Translations under genes and position numbers: made by a program
Assembly: GCA_040225955.1 (NCBI GenBank)
Contig: JBECUL010000006.1
Span: forward strand, 1-64,000
Reading direction: 5' to 3'
DNA: 64,000 nucleotides
Source: Candidatus Asgardarchaeum abyssi
GTDB lineage: Archaea; Asgardarchaeota; Asgardarchaeia; Asgardarchaeales; Asgardarchaeaceae
The notes under the pieces: model-generated
What the model was told of the DNA's origin: nothing
The model's database searches: none
What the model saw: only the letters and a program-made list of their open reading frames with translations
In this document: in pieces, positions 36,941 through 47,566 of the stretch
Layout of the letters: each line of letters opens with the position of its first letter
Position numbering within the stretch: position 1 is the first letter of the stretch

Positions 36941-39217
36941 TTGCTCTCCATGCTCAATATACCAAGGATAAGAAAAATAGCACTTGTGCTTGTTATAATT
37001 TCAATAATTATTACCTTTAGCGTTTTACTAGGAATATTAAACGCTAGAAATCAACCATCAGAGACTATATGGACTACTAGAAATGAACATATAGCCTTCC
37101 TGCAGACACCAGATTGGGCCATTTTAGGTTCAAATACAAGTTTCAGTATCGTAGAGAGAGAACTTACTTATGGGATATTACCATTTTCATTTATTAATAA
37201 GGAGATTGATGTGATTGTGGGAAATTGCTCACAATATCAACTTCCATTAGATCTCATGTCAATATCGAACTTCTTGATTGTTAAAGACAAAATAAGCTTA
37301 TCCAATGAAGCATTAAGGCTATTACGGGGTAATGGCTTCGTCGTGATAAGAAGAAGTTATGATAATTTTGAAGACGCGTATATAAATATCCCTAAAGGGA
37401 TTCCAAGGCTGGTAACTGTAGACTTTATTCTCCACGAGTATCACACTTTCTATCAGTATCTGCTATTCGACTTTGAAATCAGATACTTTATTCCGTGGCT
37501 GAACATATCCCTTAAAACCTTGTTAAATAAATCAATTTCTTTGTATGTGGAATACAAAAATGTGACATCAGCCATACTGAAAGAAGCTCTACTTCGCAAT
37601 ATTGCATATTTTGGGGTTCTTACAAAACTTATGGATCCGCATTATAATGTTTCCCTTAATGGATTGCCAAATATTGTTCAGATTCTAATCAATGCGGAAC
37701 TTGAATATATTGAAAATTGTAGGGGCATTGTAGATAGCCCATTATTTGGTCATTTGGAAGACTACTCTCAGTATAAGCCTCGTGGGTACTATACATTCAA
37801 TGAGACTATGAAGCGATATTTCAAGACAATGATGTATATGGGCCGTATGTTTTTCGAGCTAGAGGACCCCTATAACGACACAAGAGCCATGGTTCAAACA
37901 ATTCAAGCATCAGCCATAACGAAAATGGTATATGAGACAATGATAGGCATAAATGGCCAAGAGATTCCATTTTTTGAAATCTGGAGCAAGATATACAACA
38001 TAACATCATTTTTTGTAGGTACAGCAGATGATTTAACACCAATTCACTATAATAAAGCCTTAGAAATAATATTTGGAGAGTCTTGGGAAATTCAAGACCT
38101 AATAGACACTAACAGAATAGAGAGTTTAATTAACTTGCTATTAGAAATGAACCCAGCCAAGATATCCTCTGTGGGCTATAGTAAAACGTTTAACGCTGGT
38201 ATGAGGCTAATGGGCCAAAGATTTGTAATAGACTCGTACATCTTCCAAAATTTGGTACACTCTGCTGTTAAGTGGAGATTCATGCCAACGGCATTAGACA
38301 TTTTAAACGTTTTTGGATACTCTAAGGCGAGATATTTAATGAAAGAGTGCGCTACGCAATATCCCGAATACTCTGAAATTGTAGAAAGCCTAAGCAAGCA
38401 AATAGAACGGATGAACGTGACCGAATGGACTAAAAATCTTTACAATGGATGGCTTTATGTACTTAAAGCTCTCCTAAAAGAGGACTACACGGGTTATCCA
38501 ACATTTATGCAGACCGACGCATGGAAATACGAGAAAATGAATAGCTTCTTAGGTTCTTGGACAGAGCTAAGACACGATACAATACTATATGCCAAACAGT
38601 CATATACACTTGTAATCGCAGAGCCTCCATACTCTCAAGTTTTACATAGAGTTACCTACCCTATTTCAGGATATGTTGAGCCCTTACCTCTTGTTTGGTC
38701 AAGATTATTAGGACTTATAAACATGACCATTAAAGGATTAGACAGCTTAGGAGTTCTAAGTGAGTATCGTCGCTTCTCACTTAGCAAACTATATGAGAAG
38801 ATAGACTTCCTTCTAGATGTTTCAATAAAAATTCTGAAAAATGAAAAACTTACAGAATCAGAAATTAGAAGAATATACTACTTCGGAAACGAACTGAAAA
38901 GCCTGGTTAGTAGCTTATTCCCAAAAACCCAGCAGCAAGATTTCTTTAAGAGATTTACAAGGTCAATACTTGTTGCGGATGTACACACAGATCCGAATGA
39001 AGGAAATGTCCTTGAGGAAGCTGTTGGATATGTATTCTGGATTCTAGCAGTTTTTATAAATCAAAATAACGAGCTTGAAATTGCTATAGGCCCTGTCTTC
39101 TCATATTACGAATTTATCCAGCCTATGAATAATAGATTAACGGATGAGGAATGGGAACAAATGCTTAACACAAATCCACCAGATCTGCCAGAATGGACTC
39201 AAGCATTCATACCTTAA
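36941..39217 (+). CDS. DUF3160 family secreted/membrane-anchored protein
   Basis: EDYSQYKPRGYYT, MGQRF..DS, LGSWTELRHDTILYAKQSY, GYVEP, VADVHT, RLTDEEW. Confidence 0.85.
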   Translation: MLSMLNIPRIRKIALVLVIISIIITFSVLLGILNARNQPSETIWTTRNEHIAFLQTPDWAILGSNTSFSIVERELTYGILPFSFINKEIDVIVGNCSQYQLPLDLMSISNFLIVKDKISLSNEALRLLRGNGFVVIRRSYDNFEDAYINIPKGIPRLVTVDFILHEYHTFYQYLLFDFEIRYFIPWLNISLKTLLNKSISLYVEYKNVTSAILKEALLRNIAYFGVLTKLMDPHYNVSLNGLPNIVQILINAELEYIENCRGIVDSPLFGHLEDYSQYKPRGYYTFNETMKRYFKTMMYMGRMFFELEDPYNDTRAMVQTIQASAITKMVYETMIGINGQEIPFFEIWSKIYNITSFFVGTADDLTPIHYNKALEIIFGESWEIQDLIDTNRIESLINLLLEMNPAKISSVGYSKTFNAGMRLMGQRFVIDSYIFQNLVHSAVKWRFMPTALDILNVFGYSKARYLMKECATQYPEYSEIVESLSKQIERMNVTEWTKNLYNGWLYVLKALLKEDYTGYPTFMQTDAWKYEKMNSFLGSWTELRHDTILYAKQSYTLVIAEPPYSQVLHRVTYPISGYVEPLPLVWSRLLGLINMTIKGLDSLGVLSEYRRFSLSKLYEKIDFLLDVSIKILKNEKLTESEIRRIYYFGNELKSLVSSLFPKTQQQDFFKRFTRSILVADVHTDPNEGNVLEEAVGYVFWILAVFINQNNELEIAIGPVFSYYEFIQPMNNRLTDEEWEQMLNTNPPDLPEWTQAFIP

Positions 39218-39420
39218 AAGTTATTATTTTTTATTTTTGCCTACTTACTTACTATAAATTATCATTCAGAGCTAATTTTTAGAAATACTTTTTAAGTAAA
39301 TATCAACTATCGGTTTCTTAGTTTTACTCATACAGGTGGTTATTATGGGAGTAAGCAGCTCATTAAAATTAGAAGGGTTGTAACTTTTGTTTTGCTGATA
39401 CTAACTGTTTTTATGAGCAT

Positions 39421-40635
39421 TTAGAGAGTTCTATATTTTTTCTTTTTCAATAATACATAATAGACTAAGAAAGATAATACTAGCACGACACTCGCAATGA
39501 ACATTGAAATTTTTACAAATAGGCTCATTGCTACTAAAACGTCTTCAATATTGAACATAAAAACGACTAACGTGGATAAAGTATAACCCACCATTATTCC
39601 GAAATTTTGAAACGAGTCAAAAAGTGCCATTCCACGGCTTCTAATATTCTCATCGGTGTAATCTGATATAAGTGCTGCAGATCCTATAAAAATCCCTGGA
39701 TAGATTGGTAAGGCCCAAGCAACAAGAGCCATAAAGAGATCTTTAGTTGATATTAAGTAAAAAACGATGAGGTAGCCTGTAATAGTAAATAAAATTGCTC
39801 CGAATCTTCCAAACCTTTTCTTCTCTGATAGGTGTCCTAATGCGAGAGCTACAAAAGCTCCAGTTATTGTTGCAATACTAGATGCAAAAGCGTAAGTCAT
39901 TGGGTCTCCGCCTAGTCCATTAACAACATAGACAGGGAATATTGAGAAAACTAAATAAGCAGAAATCATCATCATTAAGCCGATTAGGCAGACTACTAAG
40001 ATTATATGATTTTTTAGTAACTCCAGATAAACTGCCAACTGAGATTTATTACTTTTGCTCGACGATTTTTCACTTTCATAAAGTGTAAATGCGATAACCC
40101 CTGCTGTAGTTACTAATAAACTTGAAAAAAGATAAAGTATAGTGGGCTCAAGATTTTCAAAGATGAATCCCGAGAGAAGACTGCCAAAGAACCAGCCAAG
40201 AGAACCAGCACTCATAACCTTACTAATGGCTTTCCCTTTAGATTTTTCAATCACTGTGATGTAGGCGTTAACACTTGGTATTCTCCCTCCTGCAAAAAAA
40301 TATGATAGTGCAAAGAAGAATAATAAGATGAGGGGATTAGACGAGAACACAAATGCTATTATAAACATTCCGAACATTATGTTTGTAATCCCTAAAACGG
40401 TTTTCCTTTTTAGGTGAACATCCGCTATATATCCCCAAAACATAGAGCCTAAAATCCAAGCGGTTTGAGACACACTATAAAAAAGAGTCACGAGAAGTAG
40501 ATCACTGGTCAGATTAAAGATATAAATCCCAATAAAAAGCCAAGAGAGAGCAAAACCTATATTAAATAATACAAGTACTAGCATGAGTTTTAACAAGTTT
40601 AACTGGTATCGCATCTTACCCAGCTCATTCGTCAT
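39421..40635 (-). CDS. MFS transporter
   Basis: About 12 TMs; GYIADVHLKRK motif A-like and GHLSEKKRFGR. Confidence 0.88.
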   Translation of the reverse strand: MTNELGKMRYQLNLLKLMLVLVLFNIGFALSWLFIGIYIFNLTSDLLLVTLFYSVSQTAWILGSMFWGYIADVHLKRKTVLGITNIMFGMFIIAFVFSSNPLILLFFFALSYFFAGGRIPSVNAYITVIEKSKGKAISKVMSAGSLGWFFGSLLSGFIFENLEPTILYLFSSLLVTTAGVIAFTLYESEKSSSKSNKSQLAVYLELLKNHIILVVCLIGLMMMISAYLVFSIFPVYVVNGLGGDPMTYAFASSIATITGAFVALALGHLSEKKRFGRFGAILFTITGYLIVFYLISTKDLFMALVAWALPIYPGIFIGSAALISDYTDENIRSRGMALFDSFQNFGIMVGYTLSTLVVFMFNIEDVLVAMSLFVKISMFIASVVLVLSFLVYYVLLKKKKYRTL

Positions 40636-41016
40636 CTTGCAAAAATAGATGAAAGCTAACTAAAATAAATGTTACTATTATCTATTGATATTAATTCTGT
40701 TAGTAGTTACTTTACTTTTTGGCTTATACTAAATGGTATTGTCAAGAAATCAAAACTTTTTGATTTATGAGCTATATATCAGATTGATTAAAAGCCATAA
40801 CATAGCTTACCCATATCGGTAAAACTTTAAGATCATACTCTTAACATCGTGAATAATGCATTTCTCATAAGGAAAGTTTCATTATGAAATAATGGTATTA
40901 TTATATCTATGAACCTTTAAAGGTATTTTGCAAATTCAAATTCTAACTTTTGTCATATTATCCTTAATTCTTAGTTTTATTAGGTAAAAGTTATTACATG
41001 AGGGGTCCTAAATTTA

Positions 41017-41772
41017 GTGGTGATCTTCATGGAGATAAGAAATAAGGTAGCTCTAATCACAGGTTCTAGTAGAGGAATAGGAAAGGCCATAGCCTTGCGT
41101 CTGGCGAAAGAAGGAGCAAATATTGCAATTAACTATTTAAAAAATAAAGAATTAGCTGAAGCCGTTGCTAAAGAAGCTGAGAAATTTGGAGTGAAAGCAA
41201 AAACATATCAAGCGGACGTCTCTAACTATTCCGAAGTGGAGAAAATGATTCAAAGAATAGTTGATGATTTCGGCACTATACATATTCTCATAAATAATGC
41301 GGGTATAATTCCAAAGCACTTCTCTACATTCGATATTCCCCTCGAAGAATGGGAAAAAATACTAACCGTAAATCTCACCGGAGCGTTTTATTGCACAAAA
41401 GCTGTTCTCCCAGTAATGATAAAAAACGGGGAAGGAAAAATAATTAACCTGTCTTCCGTTGCTGGGAAGATGGGTGGCACGGTAGGTCCACATTATGCAG
41501 CATCCAAAGCAGGAATAATAGGAATGACCTTCTCTCTTGCCCAAGAACTACTAAAGTATAATATAACAGTCAATGCAATAGCCCCTGGACCAATAGAAAC
41601 AGAAATGATAATAGGACTCCCAGAAGAAAGGAAAAGGAAAATACTGAGCAGAGTACCCATGGGACGGTTTGGGAAACCAGAAGAAATTGCAGAGGCGGTA
41701 GTATTCCTAATAAGGTGTGACTATATAACAGGTGAAGTCATAGATATAAATGGTGGGTACTATATGGACTAA
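41017..41772 (+). CDS. fabG: 3-oxoacyl-ACP reductase-like SDR (likely start 41029)
   Basis: TGSSRGIG, NNAG, YAASK, VNAIAPG, VPMGRFGKPEE. Confidence 0.8.
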   Translation: MVIFMEIRNKVALITGSSRGIGKAIALRLAKEGANIAINYLKNKELAEAVAKEAEKFGVKAKTYQADVSNYSEVEKMIQRIVDDFGTIHILINNAGIIPKHFSTFDIPLEEWEKILTVNLTGAFYCTKAVLPVMIKNGEGKIINLSSVAGKMGGTVGPHYAASKAGIIGMTFSLAQELLKYNITVNAIAPGPIETEMIIGLPEERKRKILSRVPMGRFGKPEEIAEAVVFLIRCDYITGEVIDINGGYYMD

Positions 41773-42047
41773 CTCTACAAATTTTAATATTTATGCTCAT
41801 TCCTCTAATCCTTTTAATGCATGCTTGGAAAATTAGCTATATGACAAACATTACTTGTTGAAGAATAGGAAAATAAAGTTATAAAATTAAAAGTGCAAAG
41901 ACCTATTTTCAATAGTTCTGCTTTCTATCATTTTTAGTTCTTTTTGTTATTGTGCTATTGAAAAAATATTCAATGAATGAATTAGCCTTTTTACAATTAA
42001 TAAAGTTTAAATAGAACTTCAGTACCATAGTACTTAGGTGACATAAA

Positions 42048-42308
42048 ATGGGACAATTGAAAATTAACATCGATGATGAAGTTCTTATGAAGTTCAAACA
42101 GATTGTATTAGCCAAGCGTGGCAAGCTTGAAATAAGTCGTGAAGGTGAAGAAGCAATTAGGCTCTACATAAAAAAATATGAGCATTTATTACAAAGTGGT
42201 GTAGAACCAAAACACGATCCACTTAGTAAGATAATAGGTGCTGCCAAGTCTGATAAGCGCAGCAATGCACTTATTGACCTTAAGAAACTCGAGGCTGGCA
42301 AACTATGA
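42048..42308 (+). CDS. VapB-like antitoxin (RHH-type N-terminus)
   Basis: LKINIDDEV...FK; DPLSKIIG; overlaps the PIN gene. Confidence 0.7.
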   Translation: MGQLKINIDDEVLMKFKQIVLAKRGKLEISREGEEAIRLYIKKYEHLLQSGVEPKHDPLSKIIGAAKSDKRSNALIDLKKLEAGKL

Positions 42309-42715
42309 TATTCATAGATACCACAATATGGGTTGCAGCAATAGATTCTTCTGATGAGCTACATGAAGATGGTAAATCTACTTTAAATGCATTGATTGAG
42401 AGAAAATTGTCAATAGCTCTGACCACTGATTACGTTCTTGATGAAGTCATGACAATTCTCAAAAAACGGAAAATTCCGCCAAAAAAGATTATCAGTGTCA
42501 TAGAATCGATTATTGAATCTCCTTTAGTAGAAGTAATTTTTGTGGATGAACAAATTTTCACAGAAGCTTTAAAGATATTCAAGAAATATGAAAAATTAAG
42601 CTTCACTGATTCTACAACTCTTGCTGTAATGCGCAAGTATAAGATAAAGGAAATATACTCACACGACTCCAATTTCGATCTTCCTGGCATAACAAGAAGA
42701 GAAAGGCCACCATAA
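42305..42715 (+). CDS. vapC: VapC PIN-domain toxin
   Basis: IFIDT, VLDE, LSFTD, IYSHD..FD. Confidence 0.9.
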   Translation: MIFIDTTIWVAAIDSSDELHEDGKSTLNALIERKLSIALTTDYVLDEVMTILKKRKIPPKKIISVIESIIESPLVEVIFVDEQIFTEALKIFKKYEKLSFTDSTTLAVMRKYKIKEIYSHDSNFDLPGITRRERPP

Positions 42716-42794
42716 CCTTAATACTAGACTAGGTTATTTTAAGAGAAAAGAATCTGAGAATTTTTCTCATAGCAAACTTCTGATAAGTAATATT

Positions 42795-43076
42795 TTGAAT
42801 AAAATTATGAAAGTAGAGTATTCTATGGCGGTGGCTGAAACTGAAATCATAGAAAGAATAAGCAACACTTTATCTATTAGTAATGACGAATCGAGTATTT
42901 TGCTTAACGTATTCGGTAGGAATGTTTGTATGAGGCTGCCAAGTGGAAAAATATGTACAAGAAGGTATTATGCGGAATTGCTATACAAAGTATTGTCATA
43001 CAGAGAAAATAGTTTTGAGAGATTATCGGAGGAGCACGCAGATTTGGCTAATGTTGATGCAAAAATTACAGATTAA
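42795..43076 (+). CDS. Hypothetical protein or gene fragment
   Basis: 93-aa ORF; no motif recognised. Confidence 0.3.
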   Translation: MNKIMKVEYSMAVAETEIIERISNTLSISNDESSILLNVFGRNVCMRLPSGKICTRRYYAELLYKVLSYRENSFERLSEEHADLANVDAKITD

Positions 43077-43103
43077 GAAAATTAAATAAGAGTTGCAATA
43101 TTT

Positions 43104-43158
43104 TTTGTCGACTATTTTAGTACAAAATATTGGGTTTTTGTCGAAAAATGTCGACAAA
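43104..43158. promoter_or_regulatory. Cluster of three TGTCGA(C/A) boxes upstream of a TATA-like TTTATAAG
   Basis: TTTGTCGACTAT, TTTTGTCGAAAAA and TGTCGACAAA in an otherwise AT-rich promoter. Confidence 0.4.
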
Positions 43159-43188
43159 TTTATAAGTTAATTTAATTGATGTAATAAC

Positions 43189-44508
43189 ATGTCAGTTGAA
43201 AGTAGCCTGCTAAATTGGAATCCATGGTTTGTAGAGAAAAGAGTAAGTGACGCACTATGTGGCATAACTCGTGAAAAGTTAGAGCGTATATTAAAATTAT
43301 TAAAAACACCCTTAATTAAAGATATTGTTGGCGTTAGAAGATGTGGAAAAACAACACTTTTGTATCAGATAATTGATTATATAATAAGGAATATAGCAAG
43401 GCCGGAGGATGTTTTCTTAATCAATTTTGAAGACCCTATAATATACAATACCTCATTTGATGATATTCTGAGTTCGATAAGAAGGATGAATCCCGAGGCG
43501 AAATACTTATTTTTAGATGAGGTTCAAGAAAAAGAGGGCTGGGAGCGTTGGGTTAGAAGCCTTTTTGATCTTAGGGTTTTCAAGCAAATATTTATTACTG
43601 GGTCATCGTCCTCGTTGCTTAAAACTGAATTTTCTAAATTACTTACTGGTAGGCATATTACGGTTACATTGTTCCCCTTTTCATTTAAAGAGTACTTAAT
43701 TTTCCATAAATGGCCTAGCTTCGAACTGAGATATTTATCACTGCATAAGGATGAGTTACTCTTTTTTCTGAGAAACTATCTGAAGTATGGTGGATTTCCT
43801 GAAGTTCAAAGTGTCGATGACGTCTTAAAGGTTAAGATTCTTAATGATTTATTTGATGACATAGTTGCTCGTGATATAAGCGCAAGATACGGAGCTGATT
43901 ATTATATATCTAAGAGGATAGCCTATTATATTATTTCAAATATTGCGAAGCCGTTAAGTCTTAGGAGCATTGCAAATGCCACACACACCTCTGTAGATAC
44001 TGTATCTAAGTACATAAATTACCTTATAGATTCGTTTCTGATATTGCCTCTTAGAAAATTCTCTTTCAAATTAAAGGAACAAATGAGAGAGATAAATAAG
44101 TACTATTGTATAGATTTAGGGCTTGCTAATGTTGTTGGTTTTCACTTCTCGATAAATATAGGGCGAATCATGGAAAACTTGGTTTATATTGAACTTATAA
44201 AGAGATTTTCTGAGGACAAGTCAATTGAAATTTATTATTACAAAGCAAATAATAACGAAGTTGATTTCATTATAAAAAGAGGGCTGTCTGTAATCAAATT
44301 GATTCAAGTTTGCTATTCTTTTACTTCTGAGAGGACAAAGAAAAGAGAGGTCTCTGCATTATTAAAAGCCATGGACAAATTTAATATTTCCGAGGGATAT
44401 GTGATAACTTGGGATTATGAAAAGATAGAAAACTATAATAATAAGAGGGTCATATTTAGACCGTTATGGAAATTCCTATTACTTGATGAGGGAGTGTCTA
44501 AACAGTAA
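43189..44508 (+). CDS. AAA_14 + DUF4143 ATP-binding protein
   Basis: WNPW, GVRRCGKTT, LDEVQ, TGSS, GGFPE, KYYCIDLG, MENLV, EVDF, LIQV. Confidence 0.9.
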   Translation: MSVESSLLNWNPWFVEKRVSDALCGITREKLERILKLLKTPLIKDIVGVRRCGKTTLLYQIIDYIIRNIARPEDVFLINFEDPIIYNTSFDDILSSIRRMNPEAKYLFLDEVQEKEGWERWVRSLFDLRVFKQIFITGSSSSLLKTEFSKLLTGRHITVTLFPFSFKEYLIFHKWPSFELRYLSLHKDELLFFLRNYLKYGGFPEVQSVDDVLKVKILNDLFDDIVARDISARYGADYYISKRIAYYIISNIAKPLSLRSIANATHTSVDTVSKYINYLIDSFLILPLRKFSFKLKEQMREINKYYCIDLGLANVVGFHFSINIGRIMENLVYIELIKRFSEDKSIEIYYYKANNNEVDFIIKRGLSVIKLIQVCYSFTSERTKKREVSALLKAMDKFNISEGYVITWDYEKIENYNNKRVIFRPLWKFLLLDEGVSKQ

Positions 44509-44542
44509 ATAATAAAAATCACATTCCTATTGAGGCTTAGCC

Positions 44543-45478
44543 TTAAATGAACCATTCCAGAGGTGCAGCTCCCCAATACCAGAATGCTATGCCCTGTATA
44601 CTCGCTTTTGCTAATATCTTGAGCCTGTTTTTTAGGGCGTTGTAATTTTGATAGAAAACTGTATGCCTAATATTGTTATCATCAAAGTACTCGAAATAGT
44701 ATTCCAATGACTCGTTATCCATAGATCTTGATGCTTTGCTTGCTTTCAATAGCTCTTCTGCTTTAAATACTGAAACTCCGACACCAGGTCTATCCTCAGC
44801 CCAGTCATACCCATATAATGGCAATCCGATAACAATTTTTTCGAGAGGCACTCTAAACTTTGCATAGTTTATAACCTGCCTAAGCCAAAATGTCGGAGTC
44901 ACTGGTCCTGGACTTGAGGTTGCATAATGATAGTCATACGCCATAATAACTATAAAATCGACCACTTTTGAAATCTCTGAGTAGTCAAAAGCTCTAAACC
45001 AATCTAAACCCACACTATCTACTCTGGGAGGGACATCAATGGATAGTTCTATATCTGGTAGCTCTGACTTTATCTCTCTTAGAAGGGCGACCAGCTTTGT
45101 TGAAGTGGCAGGGGGTATATTCTCGAAATCAAGATTAAAACCAGAGTACCCAAATTTCCGCTTTAAATACTTGAGCTGGCTGATGAAATTGTCGATAGCA
45201 CTTCTGTTTGATATGAAATCTTGGAACAAGGCTCTTGAAAATCCTACACTCTTCTCATGGTTACTAATGAGGGGAATTAGTCTCAATTTGAATTTCTTGG
45301 CTGTATTGATTATCATCTCATCGGCAGTACCTAGTATGTCACCATCTCTAGAGATAGTATACCAAGTTGGCGATGGATGTGTTAACAACATAGGGTTTTT
45401 CATAAAGAGTGAGTAACTCATTTCGTCCCAAGGTACAAGCCATGCCAGACGAATTTTAAAAGAATCATAGTCAGTCAT
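44543..45478 (-). CDS. Glycoside hydrolase family 18 (YaaH/YdhD-like), no signal peptide
   Basis: SPTWY, GFNLDFE, IMAYDYH, PGP..P, KIVIGLPLYGYDW, GIAFW. Confidence 0.85.
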   Translation of the reverse strand: MTDYDSFKIRLAWLVPWDEMSYSLFMKNPMLLTHPSPTWYTISRDGDILGTADEMIINTAKKFKLRLIPLISNHEKSVGFSRALFQDFISNRSAIDNFISQLKYLKRKFGYSGFNLDFENIPPATSTKLVALLREIKSELPDIELSIDVPPRVDSVGLDWFRAFDYSEISKVVDFIVIMAYDYHYATSSPGPVTPTFWLRQVINYAKFRVPLEKIVIGLPLYGYDWAEDRPGVGVSVFKAEELLKASKASRSMDNESLEYYFEYFDDNNIRHTVFYQNYNALKNRLKILAKASIQGIAFWYWGAAPLEWFI

Positions 45479-45548
45479 GTTATCGACCAGCAGATCTTAA
45501 TATACATGCGATATATTTGTTTTTCTTACCTAAAAACATAAATTAAAT

Positions 45549-45959
45549 TCAAAAAGTAAATATGTCAAAACCTCTCTTTTTACCCTCATCATATAAAATG
45601 CGAATGAGGGTTTCTATATCATCAAGATCATTTTTAATAATATCTATTATTGTGTCCAAATCTAATTCTAAATACATATGTGCAATTACATTTCGAAATT
45701 TAGCCATTGTAATTAATTTATTTGCCAGTGGTTTAGGAATTATTTTCTCTTTCAATAAAATTCTAAATACATCCGAGTATGTATCGGGAGTCTCTATATT
45801 TAGCCTAGAGATAAATTTTAATGCTATATCTAAAGCTCCCTGCACTGCTGTATAGAGATACCATAAGACTTGTGCTTGAAGATCCTCATCTTCTTTCAAT
45901 TTACTGAGATTCGTACTTCTGAGCTTTCTAATAGCCTTAAGAGTTTTGTCTACCAGCAC
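45549..45959 (-). CDS. HepT/DUF86 HEPN RNase toxin
   Basis: FRNVIAHMY (Rx4HxY). Confidence 0.88.
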   Translation of the reverse strand: MLVDKTLKAIRKLRSTNLSKLKEDEDLQAQVLWYLYTAVQGALDIALKFISRLNIETPDTYSDVFRILLKEKIIPKPLANKLITMAKFRNVIAHMYLELDLDTIIDIIKNDLDDIETLIRILYDEGKKRGFDIFTF

Positions 45960-46353
45960 GCAACATATCCCCTTTAGCTTTAATTAGCCAATTATACGTT
46001 TCTCTAAAATCCAATGCTTGGATTAATGTTTTTTCAATAAATCTAATTCTTGCATTTTCATCTCTAGAAAATAAAAGAAAACCCTCTTTGATTACTTTAT
46101 GTCTTAAAAGCGGCGGAGCTTTATTCAAAATAATCAGGTCTATCTCTGTTGGCAAGTTAATTGCCAAATCACTGAAAATTTTCTTATAGATTTTAATATT
46201 GTATTCTTTCAAAAAAACCGCAATATCAATATCACTAAATTTATGAATTCGTCCAGTTGCGAATGAGCCAAATAAATAGGCAAATACAATATCATCGTGC
46301 TTCATTAAAATTTCCCTTAATAATTGTTTTAGTTCATTTACTTTAAGATTCAT
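45937..46353 (-). CDS. MntA nucleotidyltransferase antitoxin
   Basis: YLFGSFATGRIHKFSDIDIAV; DLIILN.APP. Confidence 0.9.
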   Translation of the reverse strand: MNLKVNELKQLLREILMKHDDIVFAYLFGSFATGRIHKFSDIDIAVFLKEYNIKIYKKIFSDLAINLPTEIDLIILNKAPPLLRHKVIKEGFLLFSRDENARIRFIEKTLIQALDFRETYNWLIKAKGDMLRAGRQNS

Positions 46354-46634
46354 TGTCTCTCAAGCTATTGTAATAACTCATCCTATTTTATTTTTCCTAT
46401 TTTCTTTAACCACGACTAAATATCTAAAATGAGACTGAAAAATCGTATTACCGAAATTGAAGTTTATTTTGCAGCAAGCTATAATATAAAATGTTATAAG
46501 TTTATATGACGCTAGATCAACAATATTTTTGAGATAGATAAAATAAATGGAATGACAATAATTTTACATTTATATGCTTCATGCGCAAATTAAATAGATT
46601 TAAGTAATTTACTAAGAAAAGTTGTGATGTAGCG

Positions 46635-47483
46635 ATGAATGGAAAGAATGAAAAACAAAGGGCATTTGATGAAAACATGATACCTTTATGGGTGGATCAA
46701 GGGCGGCATCTGCATGACCTAGGCATGTACAATGAGGCTTTAGAGAGATTTGATAAGGTGTTAAAACTTAGGCCGAATCATTTAGTTGCATTAGTTGGTA
46801 AAGCAAGTTCTCTTGAAAAGCTAGGTAGATATGAAGAGGCTTTAGAGTACTTTGAAAGAGCATTAAGCATTAATAAATATTACAAGGATGCCCTTCACGG
46901 AAAAGGCAGAATATTACTAAATGTCTATGAGAAGTATGAGGAAGCTTTACAAGTCTATAATAGGATAATTGAAATAGATAAAAGCGACGTTAATGCTTGG
47001 ATTGGCAAATGCACTTCGCTACTGTACTCACAAAAATATGATGAGGCACTAAAGTGCTTTGATGAAGCATTAAGGATGAATCCTAAGAGTGTTATTCTAT
47101 GGAACAACAAAGCTGTCGCCTTGGAGCTACTAAAGAGATATGAGAAGGCTTTAGATTGTTATTCTAAGGCTATTGAATTAGATCCTAAAAGTGCAATGCC
47201 TTGGGGGAATAAAGGAAAGCTATTGATAGTACTGAGTAAACACAAAGAGGCTCTGGAATGTTTGAATAAGGCATTAGAGCTGGATCCTGAGAACTTAGAC
47301 TATTTAATTCATAAGGGTATTGCACTAATTGGTTTGGATAAATACAATGAAGCCCTTGAAATATTCAATACTGTGCTTGATAGAGAACCACACAATAAGA
47401 ATGCAATTTTTGGCAAGATCATAGCGTTAAGACAACTTGGAAGAAACAAAGAAGCTGAAAAACTGATTAAACTTTTAGATTAG
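46635..47483 (+). CDS. TPR-repeat protein
   Basis: About 7-8 34-aa repeats W..KG..L..L..Y.EAL..F..AL...P. Confidence 0.92.
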   Translation: MNGKNEKQRAFDENMIPLWVDQGRHLHDLGMYNEALERFDKVLKLRPNHLVALVGKASSLEKLGRYEEALEYFERALSINKYYKDALHGKGRILLNVYEKYEEALQVYNRIIEIDKSDVNAWIGKCTSLLYSQKYDEALKCFDEALRMNPKSVILWNNKAVALELLKRYEKALDCYSKAIELDPKSAMPWGNKGKLLIVLSKHKEALECLNKALELDPENLDYLIHKGIALIGLDKYNEALEIFNTVLDREPHNKNAIFGKIIALRQLGRNKEAEKLIKLLD

Positions 47484-47566
47484 ATGGCTAAATAGGAAAA
47501 ATTTGCAATAACCATGAAAAAATATATTTGACTATTTTTAAAATATTTTATTAGGGGTGGTTATAA

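Noticed and set aside
39345-39424. RBS plus signal-peptide-like fragment (KIRRVVTFVLLILTVFMSI*)
   Set aside because: Out of frame with its ATG, truncated and lacking the IAD/PxPIxG signature; at most a gene remnant.
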